A stretch of 64,000 bases of DNA. Origin: Eubacteriales bacterium (lineage in GTDB: Bacteria; Bacillota; Clostridia; Oscillospirales; CAG-272). Location: contig JAZURO010000233.1 of assembly GCA_045606265.1 (NCBI GenBank), positions 174-64,173 of the forward strand, read 5' to 3'. The notes under the pieces were generated by a model that was given only the letters and a program-made list of their open reading frames with translations, was not told the origin of the DNA and searched no databases. Made by a program: the position numbers and the translations under genes. Positions 45,578-57,162 of this stretch are shown here, piece by piece; within the stretch, counting starts at the first letter, position 1, and each line of letters starts with the position of its first letter.

Positions 45578-47701
45578 TTAATTAAAGTCGAAAACGACCT
45601 TTCCGTCCTGTAATTTAAGAAAAGCATCAAATTTTTTACCATTTTTAGAGGTAAATCCCTGAATTTTAGATGTCTTTCCCGTGGTGATAAGCATTTGAAC
45701 GTTAGATTTAGAAATTGAACGTCCCAAAATAAATGCGCCAATGGTAAATCTACAACCGCTTTCCTTGTAATTTGAACAGCCGTATCCGAATTTCGTGCGC
45801 TTGATTTCGCCATCACAAAGCGGGCATTTGCCAATTATGTCGCCAACAAAGCCATTATCGGTGTCAAGCTCAATCGGAGCATCCTTTGATACGAATATTT
45901 GTGATAATTCATTCTCGGTTAACTTTATTGCATCTTCAATTTCTATCTGTCCCCGATATACTTTTTTCAATGCCTGACCCAACTGGCTCGTCTTATACTT
46001 GTCCATGTTTATATTCATTCTCAAAAGAGATTCGATCATAAATATACCACCCGGAAGAATAGTATAAACATCTTTATTCAAGTGAATGTACTGACTGTTT
46101 CGGGCATTATCGATTATACCGGTTCTTGTTGCCTCTGTACCAAGTTCAAGACCCTCAAAAATTGCCTTGTAATCCTCGGTATCATCAACGTTTTCAGAAT
46201 CTTCTGATTGCGCCTTTTCATCAAGGGCTGCCTTGTCATCCTTAAACGGATTTTTCAGATAATTGTTCAACGTTTCAATAGTATAGTGTCGTGGAGGTGC
46301 AGTCTCTTTTTCATTGGGCTTAAAGTTTATATTCACAATATCACCCTTGGATAATTTGGGCAAAATTTTATCCTTTTGATTGTAGTCGTCGTATTTAGTC
46401 CAACCCTTTTGAAGAATAACAGTTCCTTTAATAGAGAACTCTTCATATTCACCAACTTTGATTGTAATTTCACTGCGCTCTACAATACAGTCCTCAGCAC
46501 AGAATACTGCAACGAATCTTCGAAATACGGTGGAATAAACCTTCATCTCGTCGGGAGTCAGCTTTGAGGCATCAGGTATTTTATAAGTTGGTGTCAATGC
46601 GGAGTGTGATTCTATTTTTGAGTCATCAAATATCTTCTTCGAAAACTTAAATTCAACGGGATAACCGAGCTTTTTGCAGTTTTCGAGAATAGTCTTAACC
46701 TTACCTTGCTCAGTTGTAGCAAGATACTCGGAGTTCGTTCTCGGATAAGTAAGATAACCGTTCTCATAAAGCTTTTGAATAATATCAAGACTTTGTTTCA
46801 TTGACATTTTATACTTTTTACCAAGAACGTTTTGAAGCTTGGAAAGGGAATAAAGCTTGCCGGGAGCCAAGGTATCCTTTTTCCTTTTTACGTTTGTTAC
46901 AACAGCGGTTGAAGCGTTATATTTATCGCAAAGCTCCTCGGCTTTATTAAGCATATCCTTCGGGAATTTTTCTTTTCCGTTCAGCTCTATGATCTCACCG
47001 TTTGTAGCTTCTTTACTTGCAATAATATAGTAAGTTTCAGGAACGAAATTCTTAATTGCCATATCTCTGTCATAAATTGCCTTAACGATAGGAACAATAA
47101 CTCTTCCAACACGCAAAAAAGAACCAGTTTTTAGAGTAGCATATCTCGTTAAATTAACGCCGTACAGCCAATCTATATAAGTTCTTGCAAAGCCCTCGTT
47201 GGCAAGATTGTTATATTCATTGTCGGGCTTCATTTCACTTAGAGCTTTCGCAACCGTTTGCGGAGTCTGGTCAGGCAGCCACAAGCGTCTTATTTCTTTT
47301 GGAGATTGAAGTGCGTTCTGAATACATAAACGAACTATAATCTCACCCTCACGATCGGCGTCTCCTGCGTTGACAATCATATTAACGTCGTTACGGTTGC
47401 AAAGATATTTTATTGTATTAAACTGTTTTTGAACGCCGCTGTCAACTTGTTTTTTTGCATCCTTTTTCAGCTCGAACACAAATTTCTGTGGGAAGCAGGG
47501 AAGATTTTGCATAGTCCAACGATTGCTTCCATCCGGAGACGGATTATAATACTCAATATCAGCAAGTGAAAACAGATGTCCAAATGCCCAGGTAATAATA
47601 TACCCATTACCCTCAAGATACCCATTTTTGTTTGCCATTTTGCCAATTCCGGCAGCGATATTTCTTGCAAGACTCGGCTTCTCAGCAATAATCAGTATCA
47701 T
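45578..47701 (-). CDS. topB: DNA topoisomerase III
   Basis: Toprim MILIIAEKPS, active-site Tyr context GYLTYPRTNSEYL, and C-terminal zinc ribbon CPLCDG...CSNY...C. Start moved to the ATG with a GGAGAG RBS. Confidence 0.93.
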   Translation of the reverse strand: MILIIAEKPSLARNIAAGIGKMANKNGYLEGNGYIITWAFGHLFSLADIEYYNPSPDGSNRWTMQNLPCFPQKFVFELKKDAKKQVDSGVQKQFNTIKYLCNRNDVNMIVNAGDADREGEIIVRLCIQNALQSPKEIRRLWLPDQTPQTVAKALSEMKPDNEYNNLANEGFARTYIDWLYGVNLTRYATLKTGSFLRVGRVIVPIVKAIYDRDMAIKNFVPETYYIIASKEATNGEIIELNGKEKFPKDMLNKAEELCDKYNASTAVVTNVKRKKDTLAPGKLYSLSKLQNVLGKKYKMSMKQSLDIIQKLYENGYLTYPRTNSEYLATTEQGKVKTILENCKKLGYPVEFKFSKKIFDDSKIESHSALTPTYKIPDASKLTPDEMKVYSTVFRRFVAVFCAEDCIVERSEITIKVGEYEEFSIKGTVILQKGWTKYDDYNQKDKILPKLSKGDIVNINFKPNEKETAPPRHYTIETLNNYLKNPFKDDKAALDEKAQSEDSENVDDTEDYKAIFEGLELGTEATRTGIIDNARNSQYIHLNKDVYTILPGGIFMIESLLRMNINMDKYKTSQLGQALKKVYRGQIEIEDAIKLTENELSQIFVSKDAPIELDTDNGFVGDIIGKCPLCDGEIKRTKFGYGCSNYKESGCRFTIGAFILGRSISKSNVQMLITTGKTSKIQGFTSKNGKKFDAFLKLQDGKVVFDFN

Positions 47702-47927
47702 ACAAAATCTCTCCTTTCTTAAACGTACTTTATTATTATACCTTATTTGTTTCACTGTGTCAATAAATTATATTACAATTTTATTTTTGAAATATAATTT
47801 GCTTGGTATATTAATGCAGTCATTTACCAATTTATGCAAAGCTGAAATTGAAAAAACAAATCCCCAATTTTTGAGGGCATTTCTTTTATATATTATCAGA
47901 AATATTAATATAATCCATATAATTTTC

Positions 47928-47956
47928 TTGACTTTTTGGCGCAAATAATGTATAAT
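47928..47956 (+). promoter_or_regulatory. Sigma-A-type promoter
   Basis: TTGACT, 17 nt, TATAAT. Confidence 0.75.
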
Positions 47957-47992
47957 TATAAATTGATATAATATATACTGGAGAAATATGCA

Positions 47993-49411
47993 TTGAAAAC
48001 AAAAATATTATCACCCGAAGATATTGAAAAGCAATACAAATATATAAATCAAATAAAAGCTGAAAATGACAACTTTGCGTTGGAGCACGGATTCAGAAAA
48101 GGAGCCTTCGTTATGACTTTCGGTTGTCAACAAAACGAAGCTGATAGCGAAAAAATTGCAGGTATGGCTGAAAGTATGGGATATGAAATTCTTAATTCAC
48201 CCGAAAATGCTTATCTTATTGTTGTCAATACCTGCGCAATACGTGAGCACGCAGAACTTAAAGCACTTTCTATTATAGGACAGTATAAACACATAAAACA
48301 AAAGAATCCTGAGCTTGTTATTGCCGTATGCGGCTGTATGGTTACACAGGAACACAGAGTTAACGACATAAAGTTCAAATATCCATATGTAGATTTTGTT
48401 TTTTCAACCGCCGCAATTCACAAATTGCCACAGCTTCTTTCTGAAAAAATAAAAAGAGGAAAAAGACTTTATTGTACCGATGAAGACTATGCGGTTGCCG
48501 AGGGATTGCCGATAAGACGTGAAAGCAATTACCGTGCCTGGGTATCCATTATGTACGGCTGTAACAATTTCTGCACCTACTGTATTGTTCCTTATGGCAG
48601 AGGACGTGAAAGAAGCCGCAGAAAAGAGGAGATTTTTGCAGAAGTAAAATCTCTTGTTGAAAATGGATATAAGGATATTACTCTTTTGGGGCAAAACGTG
48701 AACTCCTACGGCAAGGATATGGATTTTGATTATGATTTTGCCGATCTTTTAGACGAGCTTGCGCATATTGAGGGAGATTTTTTGCTTCATTTTATGACCA
48801 GCCATCCTAAGGATGCAACTAAGAAGCTCGTTGACGTAATTGCAAATAATAAGAACGTTGCAAAGCAGTTTCATTTGCCCTTGCAATCCGGAAGTGACAG
48901 AATACTTAAAGCAATGAACCGTCACTACCAAATGGACAGATATCTTGAAATAGTTGACTATATGAAAGAAAAAATTCCGGATATAGTTATTTCAACGGAT
49001 ATAATAGTTGGATTCCCGGGTGAAACCGAGGAAGATTTCGAGCTTACTCTCGAAGCACTTAAACGTGTAAGATACGATATGATTTATTCATTCATCTATT
49101 CACCGAGAAAAGGAACACCTGCTGCCGAAATGGATGAGCAAGTGCCGTCCTCCACTCAATCAGAAAGATTTAACAGATTGCTTAACCTTCAAAACGAGAT
49201 TGCATATGACATAAATCAAAAGCATCTTGGAGAAACTATAAGAGTACTCTGTGACGGGCCAAGCAAGAATAATCCCAAAGTTATGTCAGGCAGAACCGCG
49301 GGAAACAAGATTGTTCTTTTTGACGGCAGTGAAGATGATACAGGGAAATATTTGAATATCAGAATCACTAAATGTGAAACATTTGCTCTCATCGGAGAGA
49401 TTGTAGAATAA
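47993..49411 (+). CDS. miaB: tRNA-i6A37 methylthiotransferase MiaB
   Basis: UPF0004 cysteines (GCQQNEADSE, NTCAIRE), radical-SAM motif GCNNFCTYCIVP, and a TRAM domain. TTG start as in the track. Confidence 0.93.
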   Translation: MKTKILSPEDIEKQYKYINQIKAENDNFALEHGFRKGAFVMTFGCQQNEADSEKIAGMAESMGYEILNSPENAYLIVVNTCAIREHAELKALSIIGQYKHIKQKNPELVIAVCGCMVTQEHRVNDIKFKYPYVDFVFSTAAIHKLPQLLSEKIKRGKRLYCTDEDYAVAEGLPIRRESNYRAWVSIMYGCNNFCTYCIVPYGRGRERSRRKEEIFAEVKSLVENGYKDITLLGQNVNSYGKDMDFDYDFADLLDELAHIEGDFLLHFMTSHPKDATKKLVDVIANNKNVAKQFHLPLQSGSDRILKAMNRHYQMDRYLEIVDYMKEKIPDIVISTDIIVGFPGETEEDFELTLEALKRVRYDMIYSFIYSPRKGTPAAEMDEQVPSSTQSERFNRLLNLQNEIAYDINQKHLGETIRVLCDGPSKNNPKVMSGRTAGNKIVLFDGSEDDTGKYLNIRITKCETFALIGEIVE

Positions 49412-49420
49412 GGAGTTAGT

Positions 49421-49813
49421 ATGAAAATTTTTGAACTTGCCAAGCAGCTTGGCGAAGAGATAAAAAAAGACAGAAGAATGATTGAATTTGAGGAGGCAAA
49501 AAAGGAATACGAGAATAACGTTGACCTTCAAAACGCTCTCAAAGAATATGAAGTTCAGCAGGAAGTACTTCAAGCTGAGATGATGAAGGAAGATAGAGAT
49601 ACCTTCACCATTGATGCAATAAATGAAAGAATCAATGAGCTTTATCATCAAATTGTAACTCACGAAGCATTCCTCAGAATTAATCAGCTTCAGGTTGAAG
49701 TTAATGATCTTATGAACGAAGTAAATAACACTATCACCTGCGCAATTACAGGAGAAGATCCCAAAACAGCTTGCACTCATAACTGTGCAACCTGCCACTC
49801 ACAGTGCCACTGA
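49421..49813 (+). CDS. YlbF/YmcA-family regulator with a C-terminal Cys cluster
   Basis: Helical YmcA-like body, positioned between miaB and mutS as ymcA is in B. subtilis. Tail CTHNCATCHSQCH. Confidence 0.8.
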   Translation: MKIFELAKQLGEEIKKDRRMIEFEEAKKEYENNVDLQNALKEYEVQQEVLQAEMMKEDRDTFTIDAINERINELYHQIVTHEAFLRINQLQVEVNDLMNEVNNTITCAITGEDPKTACTHNCATCHSQCH

Positions 49814-49843
49814 AATAATCTTTTAGAATAGGAGGTATTGTCC

Positions 49844-52429
49844 ATGACACCAATGATGGAGCAATACTTTGAAATTAAAAATAAATATAAAGATTTTTTG
49901 CTTTTCTACCGACTTGGAGATTTCTATGAAATGTTCTTTGATGATGCAATTCTTGCCTCACGCGAGCTTGAATTAACTCTCACGGGCAGAGATTGCGGAG
50001 AGGAAGAAAGAGCACCGATGTGCGGTGTTCCTTATCACAGTGCGGAGGGCTACATAGGAAAGCTTATTGAAAAGGGATATAAGGTAGCGATTTGTGAGCA
50101 GATGGAAGATCCCTCTCTTGCAAAGGGACTCGTACGAAGAGATGTTACACGTGTTGTAACACCCGGTACCCTTATTGAGTCCAACCTCTTATCTGAAACT
50201 CAGAATAATTTTCTTTGTGCTATATATTATGATGCAGAAGAAATTGGCGTATGCTTTGCCGACGTATCAACAGGACAAGCATTTGCAACTGCTTTTACGG
50301 GTAAGGAAATGTATTCAAAGCTCAATACAGAGCTTTCAACATACAGGCCAAGTGAGATTATTGTTAATGTTTCCTTAGATTCGATTAAGGATAAAGGACA
50401 GTTTATTAAGGAACGAATCTCATCATCAATTACGGACAATCAAGGTTTCAGATTTGACTATAATATGGCATTTGATATTCTCAGATCTTCCTTTGATAGT
50501 GAGAGAAGTGCATGGGAAGGACGAAAATCCATAATTTGTTCAATCGGTGGATTGCTGAATTATCTTTCAGAAATGCAAAAAACCGATAATACAAACATTA
50601 AGGACTTGAAGGTTTACTCATCTGGTCAATTTATGGAAATTGACGTCAATTCGAGAAGAAATCTTGAGCTTTGCGAAACAATGCGTACAAAAGAGAAAAG
50701 GGGTTCACTTCTTTGGGTTCTTGACAAAACAAAGACTGCTCCCGGCGCACGTTTGCTTCGTCAATGGGTAGAACATCCGTTACTCAAATCATCTCTTATC
50801 TTAAAGCGACAAAGTGCAGTTGAAGAGTTATACAATAATTTTATAAAAAGACAAGAAATTGAAACACTCCTTGCAAATGTTCTTGACCTTGAACGTCTGT
50901 TAACTAAGATAATATACGGGACGGCAAACGGTAAGGATCTCAGAGCTGTATGCTCCACCATTTCGGTTTTTCCCGAAGTAAAAAGTCTTATTTCCGATTG
51001 TAAGAGTGAAGAACTCAGAAAGATATATGGAAGCTTTGACACTCTTTCTGATATTCATAATCTCATACAAAAATCCATCAAAGAGGATGCACCTTTCTCT
51101 GTAAGAGACGGTGGAATAATCGTTGACGGATATAATGCTGAGATTGACCATTTGCGTTCTATAATGTCTGACGGACACAGTTGGATTGATAGTATCACAC
51201 AGCAAGAGAGGGAATCCACAGGTATTAAAACCCTTAAAATCAACTATAACAAAGTATTCGGATACTATATTGAGGTAACTAAGTCCTTGATTGATCAGGT
51301 TCCGGATAGATATATCAGAAAACAAACCCTTTCCAACTGTGAAAGATACATAACGCAGGAGCTTAAAGACGTTGAAGCAACAATTTTGGGAGCTGCCGAT
51401 AAGGTTTGCACGCTTGAATATAATTTGTTCCAGGAAATCCGTGAACGAATTGCTAACGAGAGTGATAGAATCAGAAAAACAGCTAATCTCGTTGCAACTA
51501 TTGACGTATATAACAGCTTAGCTTCGGTTGCTGCAAAGAATAACTATGTTAAACCTGAAATTGATGATAGCAACGTTATTGACATAAAGGATGGCAGACA
51601 TCCTGTTGTAGAACAGTTCGTAAAGGATACATATTTTGTTCCAAATGATGTATATCTTGATACTGATGCTAATAGATTGATGCTTATTACAGGCCCCAAT
51701 ATGGCAGGTAAATCAACATATATGCGTCAGGTAGCTCTCATTGTTGTTATGGCTCAAATCGGTTCTTACGTTCCCGCAAGTGATGCAAGAATAGGTATTG
51801 TTGATAAGGTATTCACACGTGTAGGTGCCTCGGACGATTTGGCATCAGGTCAATCAACATTTATGCTTGAAATGAACGAGGTTGCCTATATTCTTCGTAA
51901 CGCAACTCAAAAGAGCTTGATCATCTATGATGAGGTTGGACGAGGTACATCAACGTTTGACGGTATGAGCATCGCAAGAGCAATTACTGAATATACAAAC
52001 GGTAAAAAAATAGGTGCAAAAACACTTTTTGCAACCCACTACCACGAGCTTACGTCGATGGAAGATGAATTTGCAGGCATTGTTAACTATAATATTGCCG
52101 CTAAAAAACGTGGTGATGACATTATCTTTTTAAGAAAAATAATCCGTGGCTCAACTGACGACAGTTACGGCATTGAGGTTGCCAAGCTTGCAGGTTTGCC
52201 AAATGAAGTCATAAAGCGTGCTAAGGAAATTCTTTCAACCGTTGAAAAAACCTCACGTACTTTAACAACCTCCAACACAAATATTGTTGAGGAGATGGAA
52301 TCATTAATTACTTTTGAAGAAGTCACTGAAAAATCAGTAATCGAAGATATTAAGAAAATAGATATCAATTCTATGACGCCCGTAGAGGCAATGAATTTGC
52401 TGTTTGAGTTAAATAACAGACTTAAATAG
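49844..52429 (+). CDS. mutS: DNA mismatch repair protein MutS
   Basis: MTPMMEQYFEIK, Walker A GPNMAGKSTYMRQ, FATHYHEL. Confidence 0.97.
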   Translation: MTPMMEQYFEIKNKYKDFLLFYRLGDFYEMFFDDAILASRELELTLTGRDCGEEERAPMCGVPYHSAEGYIGKLIEKGYKVAICEQMEDPSLAKGLVRRDVTRVVTPGTLIESNLLSETQNNFLCAIYYDAEEIGVCFADVSTGQAFATAFTGKEMYSKLNTELSTYRPSEIIVNVSLDSIKDKGQFIKERISSSITDNQGFRFDYNMAFDILRSSFDSERSAWEGRKSIICSIGGLLNYLSEMQKTDNTNIKDLKVYSSGQFMEIDVNSRRNLELCETMRTKEKRGSLLWVLDKTKTAPGARLLRQWVEHPLLKSSLILKRQSAVEELYNNFIKRQEIETLLANVLDLERLLTKIIYGTANGKDLRAVCSTISVFPEVKSLISDCKSEELRKIYGSFDTLSDIHNLIQKSIKEDAPFSVRDGGIIVDGYNAEIDHLRSIMSDGHSWIDSITQQERESTGIKTLKINYNKVFGYYIEVTKSLIDQVPDRYIRKQTLSNCERYITQELKDVEATILGAADKVCTLEYNLFQEIRERIANESDRIRKTANLVATIDVYNSLASVAAKNNYVKPEIDDSNVIDIKDGRHPVVEQFVKDTYFVPNDVYLDTDANRLMLITGPNMAGKSTYMRQVALIVVMAQIGSYVPASDARIGIVDKVFTRVGASDDLASGQSTFMLEMNEVAYILRNATQKSLIIYDEVGRGTSTFDGMSIARAITEYTNGKKIGAKTLFATHYHELTSMEDEFAGIVNYNIAAKKRGDDIIFLRKIIRGSTDDSYGIEVAKLAGLPNEVIKRAKEILSTVEKTSRTLTTSNTNIVEEMESLITFEEVTEKSVIEDIKKIDINSMTPVEAMNLLFELNNRLK

Positions 52430-52443
52430 AGAGAGGAGAAGTT

Positions 52444-54474
52444 ATGGGAAAAATAAACGTATTATCGTTTGCGGTTGCAAATCTGATCGCTGCGGGCGAA
52501 GTTGTTGACAGACCTGCGTCGGTAATAAAAGAGTTACTTGAAAATGCAATTGACTCAGGTGCTAAACAAATAACCGTTGAAATAAAGAACGGTGGAATTA
52601 CATATATGCGTGTATCAGATAACGGTTGCGGAATCGAAGCTGAAGATCTTCCCATAGCTATCAAGCGCCACGCAACGAGTAAGATAAAAACGTCCGATGA
52701 TCTGATGAAAATTCTCACACTCGGTTTTAGAGGCGAAGCTCTTGCTGCCATCGCATCGGTTTCCGATCTCAGAATTATATCCAAGGTTGAGAATGCAACC
52801 TATGGTGCAATGATTGAATCACACGGTGGAGAAATTACAGAATACAGCGAGCAAGCTGCAAGACAGGGCACAACAGTAATTGTTGAAAACCTTTTTGCCA
52901 ATATTCCCGCAAGAAGAAAGTTTTTGAAACGTGATGCCACCGAAGCAAGTGCGATTGGAACCATAATTGAAAAGATCGCATTTTCTCATCCTGAAATTTC
53001 TTTCCGCTTTATTTCTGACGGCAGTCTTAAACTTGAAACACCGGGTGACGGTAAGCTCGAAAACGTAATCTATACGGTTATGGGCAAGCAAATGCAAAAT
53101 GCTATGATATATGTTGACAGCGAGATCAACGACATCAGAGTACAGGGATATATAGGTCGCTCAGATGTTGTTAAATCTAATCGAAATTATCAGAATTTTT
53201 TTATTAACAACAGATATATCAAAAGCAAACTCGCAATAGCCGCTATTGAGCAGGCATATACATCATATTTGCCGCCTGAAAAATTCCCTTGTTGCGTTCT
53301 TAATTTGATTATCAATCCCGCAACGGTGGATATTAATGTTCACCCCACAAAGCTTGAGGTGAAATTTGCAAATGAGAAGCCCGTATTTGAGGCGATTTAT
53401 CATACGGTAAAAACTGCACTTGAAGAAAATACGACCCGACCTGAGATTCAAATCGGTCAACGTAAAAATGATACTTTTACACGTATTTCGGCAGAACAGT
53501 TCAGAAATATAGCTGATGCACGTCCAGTATCTCACGCTTTTGCTCCGATAGTTGATTCACGGCAGGAAGAAAAGATCGAGCAGTTGAATTATTCGGATGT
53601 ACCTGCTGTGCCAGTGACAGAAGAGCCAAAGCCACCAATTGTAATCGAAGAAAATATAGAAGAAAGGGTAATTCCTAAGGAAGCTCTGATTCTTCACGAA
53701 AAGTATTCAGTATTGTCTGATGAAGATTTCATCAAGCTAAATCCTTGCGAGGTTTTGGAATTCTATTCAAATTATATTTCTTACATAATAGATCCCAACG
53801 AGCCACGTATTGATTATGATACATTTGATTATGTAGATGATGAATTTGCCGATCAGTATCAGTCAATATCTCAGACAGATACTCCTCCTGCTATTCCTGT
53901 TTACCGAATTGTCGGCGAAGTATTCAACTCTTATCTGATAGTTGAACGTGATGATAAAATACTAATTATTGATAAGCACGCAGCTCACGAAAGAATTATC
54001 TTTGAAAAGAATAAGGAAATGATGAAGTCAAAGGAGCCATCCTCTCAAATTCTAATAACTCCTATTGAAATTATGCTCACCTCTGCTGAAATTGCAGTAG
54101 TCAATGATTATTTCACGGAATTTGAAAAGCTCGGCTTCAAGCTTCAAACAAAAAAATACAGTATTCTTGTATATTCAATACCTACCGAGCTTGCTTCGTG
54201 CGATGTTCAGGATACCTTATCTACAATGATAAACAGAATCAAAGACGGTCTTGGTAATGCAAAGCTTACCCGTGATATACTCTTTGAAAAAGCATTGTAT
54301 CAAGCATCCTGCAAAGCAGCAATAAAAGCGGGCAGGGAATACGTAGAAGCACATGTCGAATGGATCGTTGAGCAGCTGATGAAAATCCCCGACATTACGT
54401 TTTGCCCACACGGCAGACCCGTTGCTATGGAGCTTTCAAAAAGGAATCTTGACCATCAATTCGAGCGAACATAA
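52444..54474 (+). CDS. mutL: DNA mismatch repair protein MutL
   Basis: ANLIAAGEVVDRPASVIKELLENAIDSGA, and C-terminal endonuclease-type DKHAAHERI and FCPHGRP. Confidence 0.96.
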   Translation: MGKINVLSFAVANLIAAGEVVDRPASVIKELLENAIDSGAKQITVEIKNGGITYMRVSDNGCGIEAEDLPIAIKRHATSKIKTSDDLMKILTLGFRGEALAAIASVSDLRIISKVENATYGAMIESHGGEITEYSEQAARQGTTVIVENLFANIPARRKFLKRDATEASAIGTIIEKIAFSHPEISFRFISDGSLKLETPGDGKLENVIYTVMGKQMQNAMIYVDSEINDIRVQGYIGRSDVVKSNRNYQNFFINNRYIKSKLAIAAIEQAYTSYLPPEKFPCCVLNLIINPATVDINVHPTKLEVKFANEKPVFEAIYHTVKTALEENTTRPEIQIGQRKNDTFTRISAEQFRNIADARPVSHAFAPIVDSRQEEKIEQLNYSDVPAVPVTEEPKPPIVIEENIEERVIPKEALILHEKYSVLSDEDFIKLNPCEVLEFYSNYISYIIDPNEPRIDYDTFDYVDDEFADQYQSISQTDTPPAIPVYRIVGEVFNSYLIVERDDKILIIDKHAAHERIIFEKNKEMMKSKEPSSQILITPIEIMLTSAEIAVVNDYFTEFEKLGFKLQTKKYSILVYSIPTELASCDVQDTLSTMINRIKDGLGNAKLTRDILFEKALYQASCKAAIKAGREYVEAHVEWIVEQLMKIPDITFCPHGRPVAMELSKRNLDHQFERT

Positions 54475-55641
<1,167 letters not shown>

Positions 55642-55731
55642 AATAAATTCAAATTGTCTTGAAAATCATTCAAATATATCAATATTATATCTTTTATGGC
55701 AAGCCAGCCATAAGGAAGAAAGGTGATCAAA

Positions 55732-57135
55732 ATGAACAACACAGAAAAAACAATGGACAAAGTAGTTGCTTTATGCAAAAACCGTGGATTTATTTTCCCC
55801 GGATCCGAGATTTACGGAGGCCTCGCTAATACTTGGGATTACGGCCCTCTCGGCGTAGAGCTCAAAAACAACATCAAGCGTGCTTGGTGGAAGAAATTCG
55901 TGCAAGAGAACAAATATAATGTTGGTCTCGATGCGGCGATTCTTATGAACCCTCAAACCTGGGTAGCATCGGGACATCTTGCAGGATTTTCTGATCCTAT
56001 GATGGACTGCCGTGAATGTCATGAAAGATTCCGTGCAGACAAGCTTATTGAGGATTGGTGTGAAGAAACAGGATTTACTCTTGAAAAGCCCATCGACGCT
56101 TTTTCACAGCCTGAGCTTAAAGCTTTTGTTGAGGAACACAACATTCCTTGTCCTACCTGTAAAAAGCATAACTTTACCGACATCCGTCAGTTTAATCTTA
56201 TGTTTAAGACCTTCCAAGGTGTAACCGAGGACTCTAAAAACACAGTATATCTCCGTCCTGAAACTGCGCAGGGTATCTTCACCAACTTTGCAAACGTTCA
56301 AAGAACAACAAGAAGAAAATTGCCATTTGGTATCGGACAAATAGGTAAATCATTCAGAAACGAAATTACTCCCGGTAACTTTATCTTCCGTGTAAGAGAA
56401 TTTGAACAAATGGAGCTTGAATTCTTCTGCAAGCCAGGAACTGATCTTGAATGGTTCGCATATTGGAGAAACTTCTGCCATCAATGGCTCCTTGATATCG
56501 GTCTTAAAGATGAAAATCTTCGTCTTCGTGACCACGATCCCGAAGAGCTTTGCTTCTATTCAAAAGCAACAACTGACTTTGAGTTTTTGTTCCCATTTGG
56601 TTGGGGTGAGCTTTGGGGCGTAGCTGACAGAACTGATTATGACCTTACACAGCACCAGAATGAGTCAAAGAAGGATCTCACTTATTTTGATCCCGAAACA
56701 AACGAAAGATACACTCCTTACGTTATTGAGCCCTCTCTTGGTGTTGAAAGAAGTGTACTTGCAGTTCTTTGCGATGCATATGACGAAGAAGTAATTGATG
56801 CCGAAAAGAATGACGTAAGAACGGTTCTTCGTATTCATCCCGCACTTGCTCCCGTTAAGGCGGCAATTCTTCCTCTTTCAAAGAAACTTTCAGATAAAGC
56901 TGATGAAATTTTCTGTGATCTTTCAAAGCACTTTAACGTAGAATTCGACGAAACCGGTTCTATTGGCAAGAGATACAGACGTCAGGATGAAATTGGTACG
57001 CCTTTGTGTATTACTTATGACTTTGATTCTGAAAATGACGGTTGCGTGACTATTAGAGACAGAGACACAATGGAGCAGATCAGACTCCCCATTACTGAGC
57101 TTAAATCTTATATTGAAAATAAAATTCAGTTTTAA
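55732..57135 (+). CDS. glyQS: Glycine--tRNA ligase (dimeric class II, GlyQS)
   Basis: [21 protein letters not shown]. Start moved to the ATG after an AAGGTGA RBS. Confidence 0.96.
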   Translation: MNNTEKTMDKVVALCKNRGFIFPGSEIYGGLANTWDYGPLGVELKNNIKRAWWKKFVQENKYNVGLDAAILMNPQTWVASGHLAGFSDPMMDCRECHERFRADKLIEDWCEETGFTLEKPIDAFSQPELKAFVEEHNIPCPTCKKHNFTDIRQFNLMFKTFQGVTEDSKNTVYLRPETAQGIFTNFANVQRTTRRKLPFGIGQIGKSFRNEITPGNFIFRVREFEQMELEFFCKPGTDLEWFAYWRNFCHQWLLDIGLKDENLRLRDHDPEELCFYSKATTDFEFLFPFGWGELWGVADRTDYDLTQHQNESKKDLTYFDPETNERYTPYVIEPSLGVERSVLAVLCDAYDEEVIDAEKNDVRTVLRIHPALAPVKAAILPLSKKLSDKADEIFCDLSKHFNVEFDETGSIGKRYRRQDEIGTPLCITYDFDSENDGCVTIRDRDTMEQIRLPITELKSYIENKIQF

Positions 57136-57162
57136 TAATCAATAGGACGGAGGAAATATCAA

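Noticed and set aside
43484-47755. Considered whether the LRR protein, thioesterase, mazF and topB form a mobile element or defence island
   Set aside because: I saw no integrase, recombinase, transposase, conjugation or phage genes, no flanking direct repeats and no tRNA. Both sides are housekeeping (dxs/dtxR-like and miaB). Only the orphan-toxin observation is retained.
55642-55731. Looked for a T-box leader upstream of glyQS, which is common in Firmicutes
   Set aside because: The spacer is only 90 nt. It holds a plausible TTGAAA-18-TATTAT promoter and a short UTR, with no T-box sequence (AAUUAGGGUGGUACCGCG-like), specifier stem or terminator/antiterminator. No T-box is present here.
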